Shown here: in pieces, positions 10,300 through 19,643 of the stretch
Numbering within the stretch: the first letter of the stretch is position 1
Layout of the letters: each line of letters begins with the position of its first letter
IMG/VR virus record: IMGVR_UViG_3300049929_000026
Span: 64,001 to 128,000 of that record
Source: a virus
Length of the DNA: 64,000 nucleotides
Strand: one strand, 5' to 3'
Program-made: the position numbers and the translations under genes
The notes under the pieces: generated by a model
What the model was told of the DNA's origin: nothing
Databases searched by the model: none
What the model saw: the letters and a program-made list of their open reading frames with translations, nothing else

Positions 10300-10737
10300 T
10301 TACGCCGACTTCTCTCCGAAGCCAGTCACGTACAATTCGACTGCCGCACCGGCGCTTGTGCTTGAGCCGGCGACGTAAACCAATCGGAAGCCTTCGCCTG
10401 GATGCCCACCGAGGAACGTCGCGGCGGACAGTCCGACAGCGGGGGCGGCGTCCGTGCCTGCGTTCGCAGCGACGATCGTTGTCGAGTCCGCCATTGAGCA
10501 CTTGAGCGAATACCTCACTGCTGCGCCGCCTGCTGCGATCTGTACGAAGTGACACCAGTCGGCCCACACGTTCGCGGCGACCAAGCGTTGTAGGTAGATA
10601 TCGAGCACTCCACCCGTCGCGCCGACAAGCAGCGCGTCGATTCGCAAAGAGGTGAAGCGACCGAGCCCACGCAGTCCAGCACCGACAACGGTGCTGGCGG
10701 CGGCCGGGCTCGTATCTGTGACGTGGAAAACTTGCAT
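10300..10737 (-). CDS. hypothetical beta-rich (possibly virion) protein
   Basis: ATG at 10737 follows the kinase stop; sequence rich in small residues. Confidence 0.5.
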   Translation of the reverse strand: MQVFHVTDTSPAAASTVVGAGLRGLGRFTSLRIDALLVGATGGVLDIYLQRLVAANVWADWCHFVQIAAGGAAVRYSLKCSMADSTTIVAANAGTDAAPAVGLSAATFLGGHPGEGFRLVYVAGSSTSAGAAVELYVTGFGEKSA

Positions 10738-10741
10738 GGGT

Positions 10742-11140
10742 TCAGCTATTCGCTTCCAAAATCTTCGCACCCCGACGCCGAAGCTCCGGAGCGATCTCAC
10801 GCCAGACGGTCACGCAGCCCTTAGCCATGGTGGCTTGCCCGGCAGTGCGCTCGACAACAGGCGTATCGAGATGAATGATCAGATCGGCAGGGACGCCGTT
10901 CGGGTTACGAAGCAACCACTTCCGCAGCGCTCGCCCCATCGCAACGTTCTCGCAGATCCAAGGCCCCGGAGCGTCGAGCCAAGAGGATGCTCGGAGGGAA
11001 CCCTCCGACCACTCGGTACCGACCAGCTCTTCGCCGTCGTGCACCTTGTAACCCTGGAGTTCAAGCTTGCCGGCTAGGGTTGTTTTGCCCGACCGCGGCG
11101 CTCCGGCTATCACGATTCGCTCGTGTCGCTGGTGGCGCAA
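10742..11140 (-). CDS. P-loop nucleotide kinase-like protein
   Basis: RIVIAGAPRSGKTTLA Walker A and DLIIHLDTP strand. Start uncertain (TTG 11140); overlaps the portal 3' end. Confidence 0.65.
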   Translation of the reverse strand: MRHQRHERIVIAGAPRSGKTTLAGKLELQGYKVHDGEELVGTEWSEGSLRASSWLDAPGPWICENVAMGRALRKWLLRNPNGVPADLIIHLDTPVVERTAGQATMAKGCVTVWREIAPELRRRGAKILEANS

Positions 11141-12653
11141 CAGGCTGGCCAGGCCGTTCAGTGCCAGTCTGTGGTGCAAATAGAGCTGCTGCAGCTGCTC
11201 GCTCGGCTGCGGCATCGACTGCGGGATCGGTGGTTCCAGCTTCAATCTCCGTCTGGACCTTTGCCTTCGTGGCTTGGTCCATGTCGGGCAAGAGGCCCTC
11301 GGCGAGCTTGTTGAACATCTGCACGCGGAAGGTCCGGCTGGGGATGCTCCCAAACGTCTGGACCTTCACCATGGTATCAACGAGACCGATCAGGTCGGCG
11401 GAGGCGAAGTCGTCCAAGCCCTCGACTGACCACTTGAACCTGTCGCCACGAAGGGCTTCGAGCATGTCGTAAACGCGCTCGATCGTCTCTTTGACGACCC
11501 GCGCATATGCAAGCAGGATCACGCGGGTGGACTGTGCGTCCTCGCTCTTGCTCTCAGCGGTGCGCCCAATGGCTGCAGCGTTGTTCTCGACGCCAAGTGC
11601 CATCTGGTGGGCAAGACGAAAAATCTCGTCCTTCTGTGACGCGATGTTTACGTCGAGCGCCGAAAAATGCGCGGATGGTGGCGCTTGCCAGCCTGCTTTT
11701 TCTTCAGTCCCTAGAACAATTCCGCGGCCAGCTCCGACGGTCTCTTTCACGAACTCCTCGGGCGAAGTTACGTTGTAGACCATCATCGCGTAGCACGATG
11801 TGGCTAGGCTCCAGCTCTGCGCGTTTGAGGCGCGGAAGTGCGAGAGCTGTGGCGTCTTCAATCGGCTTGCGGCCCAAAGCCCACGCGGGAGGTCGATGCA
11901 GACTAGCGGGACCCGGCCGAAACCGTGATCGCGCGTGCCAACGAGTGGAACGACCGTTTCAGGCGGTGGCGGGCGGTCTCGCTCATAGGTCAGGGCGTAG
12001 CTGTCGACACGGTCTGGTAGGTAGTGTTCCCACGTAACAGTGACTTGGTTTCGCTTTGCCGATAGGCCGGCGCGTCGCGCGTCGCAGCTATGAACAATTG
12101 CCCACGCAAGGCGGCCCTGGTCGTCCGACTCCCAGTCAAGGACTTGATTGAACGATAGCGGGCGAAGCCAGCACTCACCTAGTTTTAGGTTATCGAACTC
12201 TGCGCGATTGGCCGGTGGCGTTTGGCCTTCGAGCGGAACTGGTTGTTCGACCGACAGCCACGAAGTGCGGTGGACCATCGCATCGGTCAGGCGGTCCTTG
12301 AAGAAGGCGTCGAGATCAGTTCCGGCCCGATCGCAGTCCTCGCGAAATGCCGAGTAGAAGTCCCCAGGGTCCGGGTTGACTTCTTGCGTCTTGTCGTCCC
12401 GCGCGACGACATTCGGCTTGCTCGTGAATAGCAACGCCGCAAAGTAGTCGATGATCGCGCCGAGGTAGTTGCGGTAGAAGGCCGTACGCTTCCGGAGCTC
12501 GTAGCGAGGCCCCGTTTCTTGCTCCCACTGCGGCAAAAAACGGGTTACCCGCTGCTCAAACAGCTCATCGCCCTCATACAGCGCCTCCAGATCGCGCATC
12601 CGCTCGATATTGCACGAGGGGTGGCGTTGGTTAAGGTCTTGGATGGTGGGCAT
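11061..12653 (-). CDS. portal protein
   Basis: 530 aa directly after TerL; FYRNYLGAIIDY, HGFGRVPLV and ESKSED motifs. Confidence 0.85.
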   Translation of the reverse strand: MPTIQDLNQRHPSCNIERMRDLEALYEGDELFEQRVTRFLPQWEQETGPRYELRKRTAFYRNYLGAIIDYFAALLFTSKPNVVARDDKTQEVNPDPGDFYSAFREDCDRAGTDLDAFFKDRLTDAMVHRTSWLSVEQPVPLEGQTPPANRAEFDNLKLGECWLRPLSFNQVLDWESDDQGRLAWAIVHSCDARRAGLSAKRNQVTVTWEHYLPDRVDSYALTYERDRPPPPETVVPLVGTRDHGFGRVPLVCIDLPRGLWAASRLKTPQLSHFRASNAQSWSLATSCYAMMVYNVTSPEEFVKETVGAGRGIVLGTEEKAGWQAPPSAHFSALDVNIASQKDEIFRLAHQMALGVENNAAAIGRTAESKSEDAQSTRVILLAYARVVKETIERVYDMLEALRGDRFKWSVEGLDDFASADLIGLVDTMVKVQTFGSIPSRTFRVQMFNKLAEGLLPDMDQATKAKVQTEIEAGTTDPAVDAAAERAAAAALFAPQTGTERPGQPVAPPATRANRDSRSAAVGQNNPSRQA

Positions 12654-12656
12654 CGA

Positions 12657-13985
12657 TCATTGCAGCATTGCGTAACTCGCCGTGCGGCCGAGCATGAGGG
12701 CACTCAGTGCCCACACGAGAGCGTCCATCCGGTCTGGGCTCTTTGAGGCGAGAGCTGGGTCCCAGCTCACCATCTGGTCTTCGAGTTTTGGGAAACATCC
12801 AATGTGGTGGACCTTCCCCTGCTCATAGAGTGCAGCGATCGGCTCTGCTCGAATGGCCTTACCGCGGCTAGCATGGACCTTGGAGACGGGAATGTTTGAC
12901 GCCGCGGTGCGTAGATTGGCTTCGACCAAATCACCACCGTTGTTGACCTCAGCCACCACACGGTCCGCCTTGTGTCTCTTGTAGATGGCGACTACCTGCT
13001 GCGCCCATTGGTTCGGGGTCGCCATGGAAAGCGACCCGTCTTCAATGACGTAGGCGTGCTTGTCGTGCCCAAGTCCAACGCAGATGATGCCGGTCTCGTC
13101 GCTATCTTCGTTTACGCTGACCGCTGGATCAACCGCGACTACGACGCGCCGGAACTCAGGAGCGTCCTTTGGCGCAACACGCAATTGCTCAATACGCCCG
13201 CGCTTCCAAAGCGCTCCCGGGGCGTCGTCTAAAACCTCTCCGTCAAGCTCCTGACGGCCTAGCCGGGTGCCCTCATACTTGCGCACGATCTGCGCAAGGA
13301 AGGTGGGAGCTAGGTTCGCCTGGTTGTCGCGCGTTCGACCGCGCGTCACCACAACGTCTGTGCCCTCACGCGAAAGCAACGAACGGATGATATCCGTCGG
13401 GCGAGGGGTAGTCGCGACGACTGCTCGGGGGCGGCGGCCCAGCCGTAGACCCAGCATTGCCTGGTCCCAAGCCTCTGGGTACCGCCAAGCCGCGAGTTCG
13501 TCCGCTACGAAAAAATCATGTTGTGGCCCACGGAACCGGTCGGGCTCATCCGCCGAGAACAGCGTCGCGCGGGCGCCAGTGCTGGGCCATGTCAGCCGGC
13601 GTTTGCTCGGCTCATAGACGGGCCGGTTCCAAGGCGGAGACTTGGCCAAGAAGCCACTCTCGCCTTCGATCAAGATGTCGCGGACGTCAGCCGACGTCGC
13701 ACCGGCGATCCCGATCCGGCCAGCCCGCTTGGCAGCGACCTCTTCCTGAACGCATTCGACGATCGATCGTGTCTTGCCGAATCCGCGACCAGCGAGGATC
13801 AGCCAGATGAACCAGTTGTCCCCGCCTGGGGTGAACTGTCCGGGCCGGCCCCAAAACCGCCACTCATGGACAAGGGCTTGGCTCTCAGCCTCCGTCAGGC
13901 TTTTGAGGATCCGATCCCGCTCCAGTTGCGGAAGCTGCGCCAGCGACGAGGCCAGCGAGACGTTCGAGAAGTTGGCTTCGGGCAT
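12657..13985 (-). CDS. terminase large subunit
   Basis: AGRGFGKT Walker A, FFVADELA Walker B, VAVDPA and SPDRMDALVWA nuclease motifs. Confidence 0.95.
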   Translation of the reverse strand: MPEANFSNVSLASSLAQLPQLERDRILKSLTEAESQALVHEWRFWGRPGQFTPGGDNWFIWLILAGRGFGKTRSIVECVQEEVAAKRAGRIGIAGATSADVRDILIEGESGFLAKSPPWNRPVYEPSKRRLTWPSTGARATLFSADEPDRFRGPQHDFFVADELAAWRYPEAWDQAMLGLRLGRRPRAVVATTPRPTDIIRSLLSREGTDVVVTRGRTRDNQANLAPTFLAQIVRKYEGTRLGRQELDGEVLDDAPGALWKRGRIEQLRVAPKDAPEFRRVVVAVDPAVSVNEDSDETGIICVGLGHDKHAYVIEDGSLSMATPNQWAQQVVAIYKRHKADRVVAEVNNGGDLVEANLRTAASNIPVSKVHASRGKAIRAEPIAALYEQGKVHHIGCFPKLEDQMVSWDPALASKSPDRMDALVWALSALMLGRTASYAMLQ

Positions 13986-14421
13986 CGATCGGGATCGGAT
14001 CTCCGTCGGGTCCGCTCAGTTCCTGCTTGGTGGGCGCGTCGAAGCCGAGCGTCTTGGCGCGGCGCTGCTCGATCCGCACCAGACGGTCAACCGCGTCGAA
14101 ATCCCCCGTCACCACGGAAGGCCAAATCCCCTTCATGGCGGTATCCAGGCGTTCCAGGCTGATGGCCTTTTGCTGCTCAACGAACCCGTCAGCGGTGCTT
14201 CTTGTTCTAGCTAGAACGGCGTCTAGGTCGCGCTGAACGGTGGCCAATCCAACCTTCAGGTGCCCGGCTATCTCCCGGACGGTCCACCCCGCAACCCGGA
14301 GCTTGGTCGTCTGCTCCCGACGTTGCTCGATGGCCATCTCCGCGGCCTTCTGCTTCGTCGTTCGCTTCTTGCGGGGCTTTTTGGCTGGCTTCTTCGGCCT
14401 TGGGTCTTGTTCCGTGTCCAT
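13885..14421 (-). CDS. terminase small subunit
   Basis: HTH (TVREIAGHLKVGLATVQRD) and C-terminal ELSGPDGDPI; upstream of TerL. Confidence 0.8.
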   Translation of the reverse strand: MDTEQDPRPKKPAKKPRKKRTTKQKAAEMAIEQRREQTTKLRVAGWTVREIAGHLKVGLATVQRDLDAVLARTRSTADGFVEQQKAISLERLDTAMKGIWPSVVTGDFDAVDRLVRIEQRRAKTLGFDAPTKQELSGPDGDPIPIDARSQLLERLAGLVAGAASATGAGSDPQKPDGG

Positions 14422-14550
14422 GGGTGTTCCACGTTTAGCGGCTAGCCCTGGACGATCGATACGGTTTATTGAGTCGCAGACGATGTCTGCGTCCAGTCAG
14501 CCGTGCTCATCCCGTGGCTTAAACGATGATGAAAGAATCAACGCCGCGCC

Positions 14551-15018
14551 TTAGTTTCTGAGCGCTTCGTTCACCGCTACCCGCACGCTGGCCCGCCTCG
14601 CGAGCTTCCGCAGCGCATCAAACTCAACCTGGCGAATCCGCTCCCGGCTGACGCCGCCGATTTCGCCGATCTGCTCGAGCGTCATCTCGACGCCTGGCTT
14701 CACTCGATAGGCCATGATGGCTTTCCAATCGATTCCGCCGGCTCGGGATGGTATGCAGCCCAATCCGAGGTGCGCGGTTGATCCGCAGCGGCGGCAGTAC
14801 ATCGGCGCTTTCTCGGGCGTTCGTGCCGGTATTGCCTGCAAGGACGGAGGCGATGCTGGGCGGCTTTTGCCCGCCTTCTGCTCGGCTGCTTGCCGAGAGC
14901 GCTCCCGCCTCAATTCCCTGCCTGACTTCTTCACCGAGTCGCCCGGTCCTCGGCATCGTTCCGGCGCATCTGCCGGGCAATCCCGAATTCCCCAATCTTC
15001 GCCTTGAGCGTGGGCCAT
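14551..15018 (-). CDS. sigma70 region-4 HTH protein
   Basis: MTLEQIGEIGGVSRERIRQVEFDALRKL is canonical region 4.2; CxxC upstream; no region 2. Confidence 0.75.
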   Translation of the reverse strand: MAHAQGEDWGIRDCPADAPERCRGPGDSVKKSGRELRRERSRQAAEQKAGKSRPASPPSLQAIPARTPEKAPMYCRRCGSTAHLGLGCIPSRAGGIDWKAIMAYRVKPGVEMTLEQIGEIGGVSRERIRQVEFDALRKLARRASVRVAVNEALRN

Positions 15019-15530
15019 CCCATCGCTGGGGTGGGTTCTGGGCGGTGCTGGCCGGGGGTGTGTTGGTCGGCGTAGAGGGTTCGTTGGCGGCGCTGTTGCG
15101 GCTTCTGTGGGCTCATGCTCGTGGCTTGAGGGGTGAGGCAGGGTGGGTAGGGGTGGTCAGGTGACCGCTTGGCCTGGCGCTTGCTTATGCCGTCCCTCAT
15201 GAGGGAAACAACGAAGGCTCGACCGTTGGCTGATTTCTACACGCAGCACCTGGGGACTCCGACGGCTGGAGCAGGGACTGCGGAGCATCTGACCTACGTC
15301 CGCATGCGGCGCGTCCAGATGGCGTCAGGAGCTTGGGGCTGGGCTCAGCGCTCGGTGCCTGGACAGAACCGGCGAAGCGCTGGGGCTGGGGTGCGGCAGC
15401 TCCGATAGCTGGGGGCGCCCAGGTGATTGGGGCTTCCTGTCGCCGTACCGAGTTCCCGATGCGCATCCCCAGGAAGAGCGGGGCTCCGTGCGACCCGCTT
15501 TCTATAGACGTGCAGCAAAACCGTGGGCGA

Positions 15531-15980
15531 TCACGTCCCAGTTGCGTCTCGATCAAGCTCCGCCATCTGGGCTATGAATGTGGCGGTAAGCTTCTGTTTC
15601 TGTTCGAGAATCCGAATGCGTGAACCATGGTCATTCACTCGGCGGCGGAGGTCCTTGCATTCCAGGCCGATTTCGATCGTGTTCTTCTCCAGGTCGTCGA
15701 TCGCTTTGAGCGTCTCTTGTGGCAACAGATCCTCCAGTGCGCGCTTGCTCACGTAGAGGGCGCGCCCCACGCGCTTAGCGTAAGTGGTGGCGTTCCTGCG
15801 CTCAAGCGACCGTAGGAGGCGGTAGACGTACTTGCGGCGCGTCGCGCGCGTCATGCTGGCGAGCTTCGGGTGGCTGGGCTCGAGGATTTTGGCGAGCTCC
15901 ACGAGCAGGAACCATCGGTCGCGGCGGGGCCTCACGGGTCGAGTCCTGGCAACGGGATATCGCCGCGCGCTTCGAGCCAT
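15531..15980 (-). CDS. putative DNA-binding protein (paralog of 16441-16863)
   Basis: Basic N-domain plus coiled coil; motifs shared with 16441-16863. Confidence 0.5.
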   Translation of the reverse strand: MARSARRYPVARTRPVRPRRDRWFLLVELAKILEPSHPKLASMTRATRRKYVYRLLRSLERRNATTYAKRVGRALYVSKRALEDLLPQETLKAIDDLEKNTIEIGLECKDLRRRVNDHGSRIRILEQKQKLTATFIAQMAELDRDATGT

Positions 15981-16444
15981 CGGCGGCGGATATCCACCTC
16001 ACTCAGATCGGGGCGCCGGGCCAGCCAACGCGGGAGCGTCAGGTCGGTCTTGTTGCTATTGCAGGGCTGGCAGGCCGGAGCGAGATTCCCCTCATCGTGT
16101 CGACCGCCGCGCACGAAGGCGACGATGTGGTCGAGCACGAGCAGATCGGCCCGTGTTCCACAATACAAGCAGGAGTAGCCGTGAAGGCGTTCAAGACGCC
16201 AGCGCAGTCCGACTGGGTGAGGCGAGCGACGGGCCGCGATTGCGCTAAGCGGCTGCCGCAGTGATTCCGTGATCGTCAGGTCCTCATCCGGCGCCTGGCC
16301 CCACCGGCCGAATGCACGTTCCTTGGCCAGCCGAAGCGCTCCCAAGCCACCACCATCCGCATCCAAGCTCGACTCGAAAATTAGACGCTTGAAAGCCTCC
16401 TCGAACCGCTCCCCGTCATAGGCGGTACCGCGTCGGCGCGTCAC
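15932..16444 (-). CDS. HNH endonuclease
   Basis: CLYCG...LDHIVAFVRGG...NLAPACQPCNSNK. Confidence 0.9.
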   Translation of the reverse strand: MTRRRGTAYDGERFEEAFKRLIFESSLDADGGGLGALRLAKERAFGRWGQAPDEDLTITESLRQPLSAIAARRSPHPVGLRWRLERLHGYSCLYCGTRADLLVLDHIVAFVRGGRHDEGNLAPACQPCNSNKTDLTLPRWLARRPDLSEVDIRRRWLEARGDIPLPGLDP

Positions 16445-16863
16445 GGCAGCAACTTCCGTTCGATTTCCGCGAGGCGTAGCGCCTGGCCACGGATGAGCGC
16501 TCCCTGCGCCTTTATCGTCGCTCTCAGCCTTTTTAGTTCCGCCTCCAGAAACTCCACCCCCGGATCGCGCTGCCCGTGTTCTTTGGCGCTAGCCAACAGC
16601 GGCAGGCAGACCCTTTTGACGAAGATGTCTCCACCGGCTCGCTTCGTGTATGCCGCCGAATCGCGACGCTCAGCGCTGCCAACGAGCCGGCGAACCGCTT
16701 CGCGTTGGCGTTTCCTGTCCTTGTCGGCGATCTTCGTCCAGAACGCCGGGTGGTGTTCAGGTAACGCACCGAGAACCTCCGGCATGGAGAGCCAGCGTTG
16801 GCGACGAGGTCTCATCCTGGCCAGCTCGGTAGCAACGAGTCGACGCCATCGGGGCATTTGCAT
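16441..16863 (-). CDS. putative DNA-binding protein (paralog of 15531-15980)
   Basis: VRRLVGSAERRDSAAYTKRAG matches VYRLLRSLERRNATTYAKRVG of the paralog. Confidence 0.5.
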   Translation of the reverse strand: MQMPRWRRLVATELARMRPRRQRWLSMPEVLGALPEHHPAFWTKIADKDRKRQREAVRRLVGSAERRDSAAYTKRAGGDIFVKRVCLPLLASAKEHGQRDPGVEFLEAELKRLRATIKAQGALIRGQALRLAEIERKLLP

Positions 16864-17168
16864 CTTCCCGGACGCTTATGGCACTCGGCGCAGAGATCTA
16901 ACTCCGCATGCTCGGCGAAAGCCTCGTCCCCCACCGCCATCCGTATCTGTTGCTCTATCAGAGCTCGACCGCGAGCCTTCACATCGATCGCGTCACGGAG
17001 CCTCTCGTTGATTACGGCTCGATTGGATTTCTGGCGTTTGGTCGGTTGAGTACTCGGGGCATCGGATGCAGCGAGTACTCGTTCGGCGGCGGCTGGGGTG
17101 AGCCACCGCCTTATTTGACCTCGTTCGGCGTCACTTAGGCGCGCCTTCCCGGTCTCCCCCCCCCTCAC
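16812..17168 (-). CDS. hypothetical protein with C-terminal Cys cluster
   Basis: 4-nt overlap with the upstream gene; G9 run right after the start codon. Confidence 0.4.
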   Translation of the reverse strand: MRGGETGKARLSDAERGQIRRWLTPAAAERVLAASDAPSTQPTKRQKSNRAVINERLRDAIDVKARGRALIEQQIRMAVGDEAFAEHAELDLCAECHKRPGRCKCPDGVDSLLPSWPG

Positions 17169-17623
17169 GACTCACTCACCGGAAAACAGATGTCGCGCTT
17201 CCAGAGCTCGAAAGCGTACAAGGCGTCCGACTTCTGCAGCCGCCCGGCCGAAGTCGCCTGCCAGTTCTGCCCGTCGTCGATCACGCAGGTCAGGCACAAG
17301 AGCTCGCCGCGCTTGGCCCGCTCGAGCAGGACTTCGAGGTGCTGGATGATGACCGCCGAGTACTCTGACCGGCTGGTGTCGATGGCGCGGAGGTTTGTGG
17401 GCGCTCGGCCGGACTCTCTGACCTCGACCGGCTGTCCCAGGACGTCCGTGGCGGCTAGGTCCGGCGGCTCGGTCTCGCGCGCTACCAGCTCGGTCGGCGT
17501 CTCACCGCAGATCACGCACGGAAACTCGAATCCCGGCACCTGCCCGATGCTTTTCTCCTCGCAGCCCGGCTTCCGGTGCTTCTCGCAGCGCCAGTTCCGG
17601 CGGACGAGCTTGATCTCGGTCAT
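17165..17623 (-). CDS. hypothetical protein (N-terminal Zn-binding-like motif)
   Basis: CEKH...C...CVICG; translationally coupled. Confidence 0.5.
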   Translation of the reverse strand: MTEIKLVRRNWRCEKHRKPGCEEKSIGQVPGFEFPCVICGETPTELVARETEPPDLAATDVLGQPVEVRESGRAPTNLRAIDTSRSEYSAVIIQHLEVLLERAKRGELLCLTCVIDDGQNWQATSAGRLQKSDALYAFELWKRDICFPVSES

Positions 17624-18555
17624 TCCGCCGCCTGGGCCGCCGCCAGACCGCGTTCCATCGCCTCAGCGAAGGCAGCCTCGCTCATCCGCATCAGCACCCC
17701 GCCACGCCGCCCCTGGCCGCCCTGGCGCGGCTCAGTGGTCAACTGACAACGTGCGCGTCCGGTGCGGTCCTGAAAGCTCCTGAGGCCCGGCACGGCGCGC
17801 TTGGTCGCGAACCAGATGTCGTGCGCCTCGGCGTCCGCGGCGTGCGCTCGGTTCAGCGCCTCCCGAACTAGCTTCGCCCGGCGCGCCTGCTCGGACCGGT
17901 TGATCTTCCCCTTCCGGACTGGGGCGGGCTCGACGCAGGCGACGAACAGCTGGGCCGCGTCGTCGCAGAGTTCAAAGGCCAGCGCCGCGTAAACTCCGAG
18001 CCCCTCGTTGGTGTTCGTATTGCTACCCGTCCGAGTTGGGTCGTGTTGGCCCACGCGGCCGTCTGAGCCCTCAACATACCGATCCTTGGCTCCGAAGCCT
18101 TGGTCAGCCCGATACTGTGCTCTAGGGGCGCTGTAGCGCTTGCAGAGGGTGTTCTGGGTGGCGGCCGGCACAAGTCGCCAGGCTGCCATCAGGTGCCGAT
18201 GCAGCTCGATCTCGCCGATTCCGAGTACGCCTACGCCTAGCTGCATATCGGTAAAATGGTGCTTGTAGCTCCCTGCGCCGTCGAGATTGCCGGTCCCCCC
18301 AACCGAGCCGCGCTCAATTTGAGAGACCACGCCGGCCAGGGTGCCGCTTGCGCCCATCGCGGCGTCACCGCAAAGCAGAAACCACGCGAGTTGGTCGTCG
18401 TAAGACCCGTCTCGGGCTGGCCGAGGTCGGCGGTCTTTTGGAAGCTCGCGCGGCGACTCGACGGCCACGCGCGGCACGAGGGTCAATGTAGGCGCTAGGA
18501 CAACCGACTCACTGGTTACCGGGATCAACTCGGTAACCGCTTGCAATTCGGACAT
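17620..18555 (-). CDS. hypothetical protein
   Basis: 311-aa ORF with AAGGAG RBS. Confidence 0.6.
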   Translation of the reverse strand: MSELQAVTELIPVTSESVVLAPTLTLVPRVAVESPRELPKDRRPRPARDGSYDDQLAWFLLCGDAAMGASGTLAGVVSQIERGSVGGTGNLDGAGSYKHHFTDMQLGVGVLGIGEIELHRHLMAAWRLVPAATQNTLCKRYSAPRAQYRADQGFGAKDRYVEGSDGRVGQHDPTRTGSNTNTNEGLGVYAALAFELCDDAAQLFVACVEPAPVRKGKINRSEQARRAKLVREALNRAHAADAEAHDIWFATKRAVPGLRSFQDRTGRARCQLTTEPRQGGQGRRGGVLMRMSEAAFAEAMERGLAAAQAAE

Positions 18556-18603
18556 ATTTGAGACACTCCTTGGGGGGTCAGGGCGGTTCCAGGAGTGCTG
18601 AGA

Positions 18604-18641
18604 CCCCGAGGCGAGCTGTGGCGGCTGGCTTCGGGGTTTTG
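18604..18641. terminator. GC-rich hairpin with T-tail on + strand
   Basis: ACCCCGAGGC...GCTTCGGGGT followed by TTT; intergenic. It could instead be a structured leader on the minus strand. Confidence 0.4.
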
Positions 18642-18646
18642 TTCGT

Positions 18647-18919
18647 TCAACTGCTAAGCAAACTCTCCTGCTCAGCGGCCCGCAGTTGTCTGAGCTGCGC
18701 TTCGATCCGCTGAGAATCCACGGTTGGGACGCCGTCGCGCGCCCAAATGCTCCAGATCCTCTCTGCTTGGCAGAGGCTCTCGCTGTCGCCGGTCGCAGCC
18801 ATTACGCAGCACCTATCGATGACCCAGAGCACGTCGTTCGGCTCTAACCCGCCTATGTCAGAATCAGTGCCAGCTTGCGACATTGTCTTCAGAAACATCC
18901 CGCGGATCCTTTCCGTCAT
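18647..18919 (-). CDS. small hypothetical protein
   Basis: 90-aa ORF starting 31 nt after the third (partial) CRISPR-like repeat. Confidence 0.45.
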   Translation of the reverse strand: MTERIRGMFLKTMSQAGTDSDIGGLEPNDVLWVIDRCCVMAATGDSESLCQAERIWSIWARDGVPTVDSQRIEAQLRQLRAAEQESLLSS

Positions 18920-18950
18920 CAGTACAGCGCCTAGTACAACGCCTTCCCGA

Positions 18951-18976
18951 CTCTCAACACCTGACTCTTTTTCTCT
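18951..18976 (-). repeat. degenerate third CRISPR repeat
   Basis: 18951-18966 CTCTCAACACCTGACT is identical to 16 nt of the array repeat, followed by CTTTTTCTCT (repeat has TTTCTCT). Confidence 0.7.
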
Positions 18977-19057
18977 TCGTCAGCGGTGGTCACGTGACAA
19001 CACGTTACACTGCCTTGCGGCGGTTTGCCACTGTGAGGCGCTGGCGAGCGCCACAAA

Positions 19058-19633
19058 TCAAGCGGCTTTTGCTTTTCCAACCTGCTTCTGCAGCCGGGCG
19101 TTCTCCCGCTTCAGCGCCGTCACCTCCTTCGTGAGCGCCGCCACCTCGGTCTTTAGCCGGGCATTTTCCAGCTCTAAGCTGCCCTGCCGCTGGACGGCCC
19201 GGGTTGACGGAGCCAATGGGGCTTTCTTCTCGATCACGCCGTTGACGATACGTCGCACCTCCTTGGGGCTCGGCGCGCAGTGGTTTGCGTTGATGAACTG
19301 ATCGAGCGACGCCTCGACGAGCTGAACATTCGCCGTGTCAGCGGTGGCGCCTGGCGCCAGAAGGGCATGGCAAGACTCCACTCCAAGCGCCCGCACGCGA
19401 TCCACGCCGTAGATCTCGATCGCCTGGATCACGTTCCCATAACGGTTGAGCCCCATCGCGTTTGGGAACTCCCGCTGCAGGAAGTCACTGAACATCGGCG
19501 TCTCTGGCGTCTTCCAGATGCCCTGCGTCTCTACTGCTCGAAGCTCGAGGAAGAGATCAACTCCGCTCTCCAGCCAGTTAGCTAGGAGCGTACGGATTTT
19601 GGATACGGCTTGTTCATATGCTTGATTGCTCAT
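19058..19633 (-). CDS. hypothetical protein with C-terminal coiled coil, located between CRISPR repeats
   Basis: GGAG RBS at 19642-19639 and ATG at 19633, immediately after the repeat; 191 aa. Confidence 0.7.
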   Translation of the reverse strand: MSNQAYEQAVSKIRTLLANWLESGVDLFLELRAVETQGIWKTPETPMFSDFLQREFPNAMGLNRYGNVIQAIEIYGVDRVRALGVESCHALLAPGATADTANVQLVEASLDQFINANHCAPSPKEVRRIVNGVIEKKAPLAPSTRAVQRQGSLELENARLKTEVAALTKEVTALKRENARLQKQVGKAKAA

Positions 19634-19643
19634 TTTAACTCCA

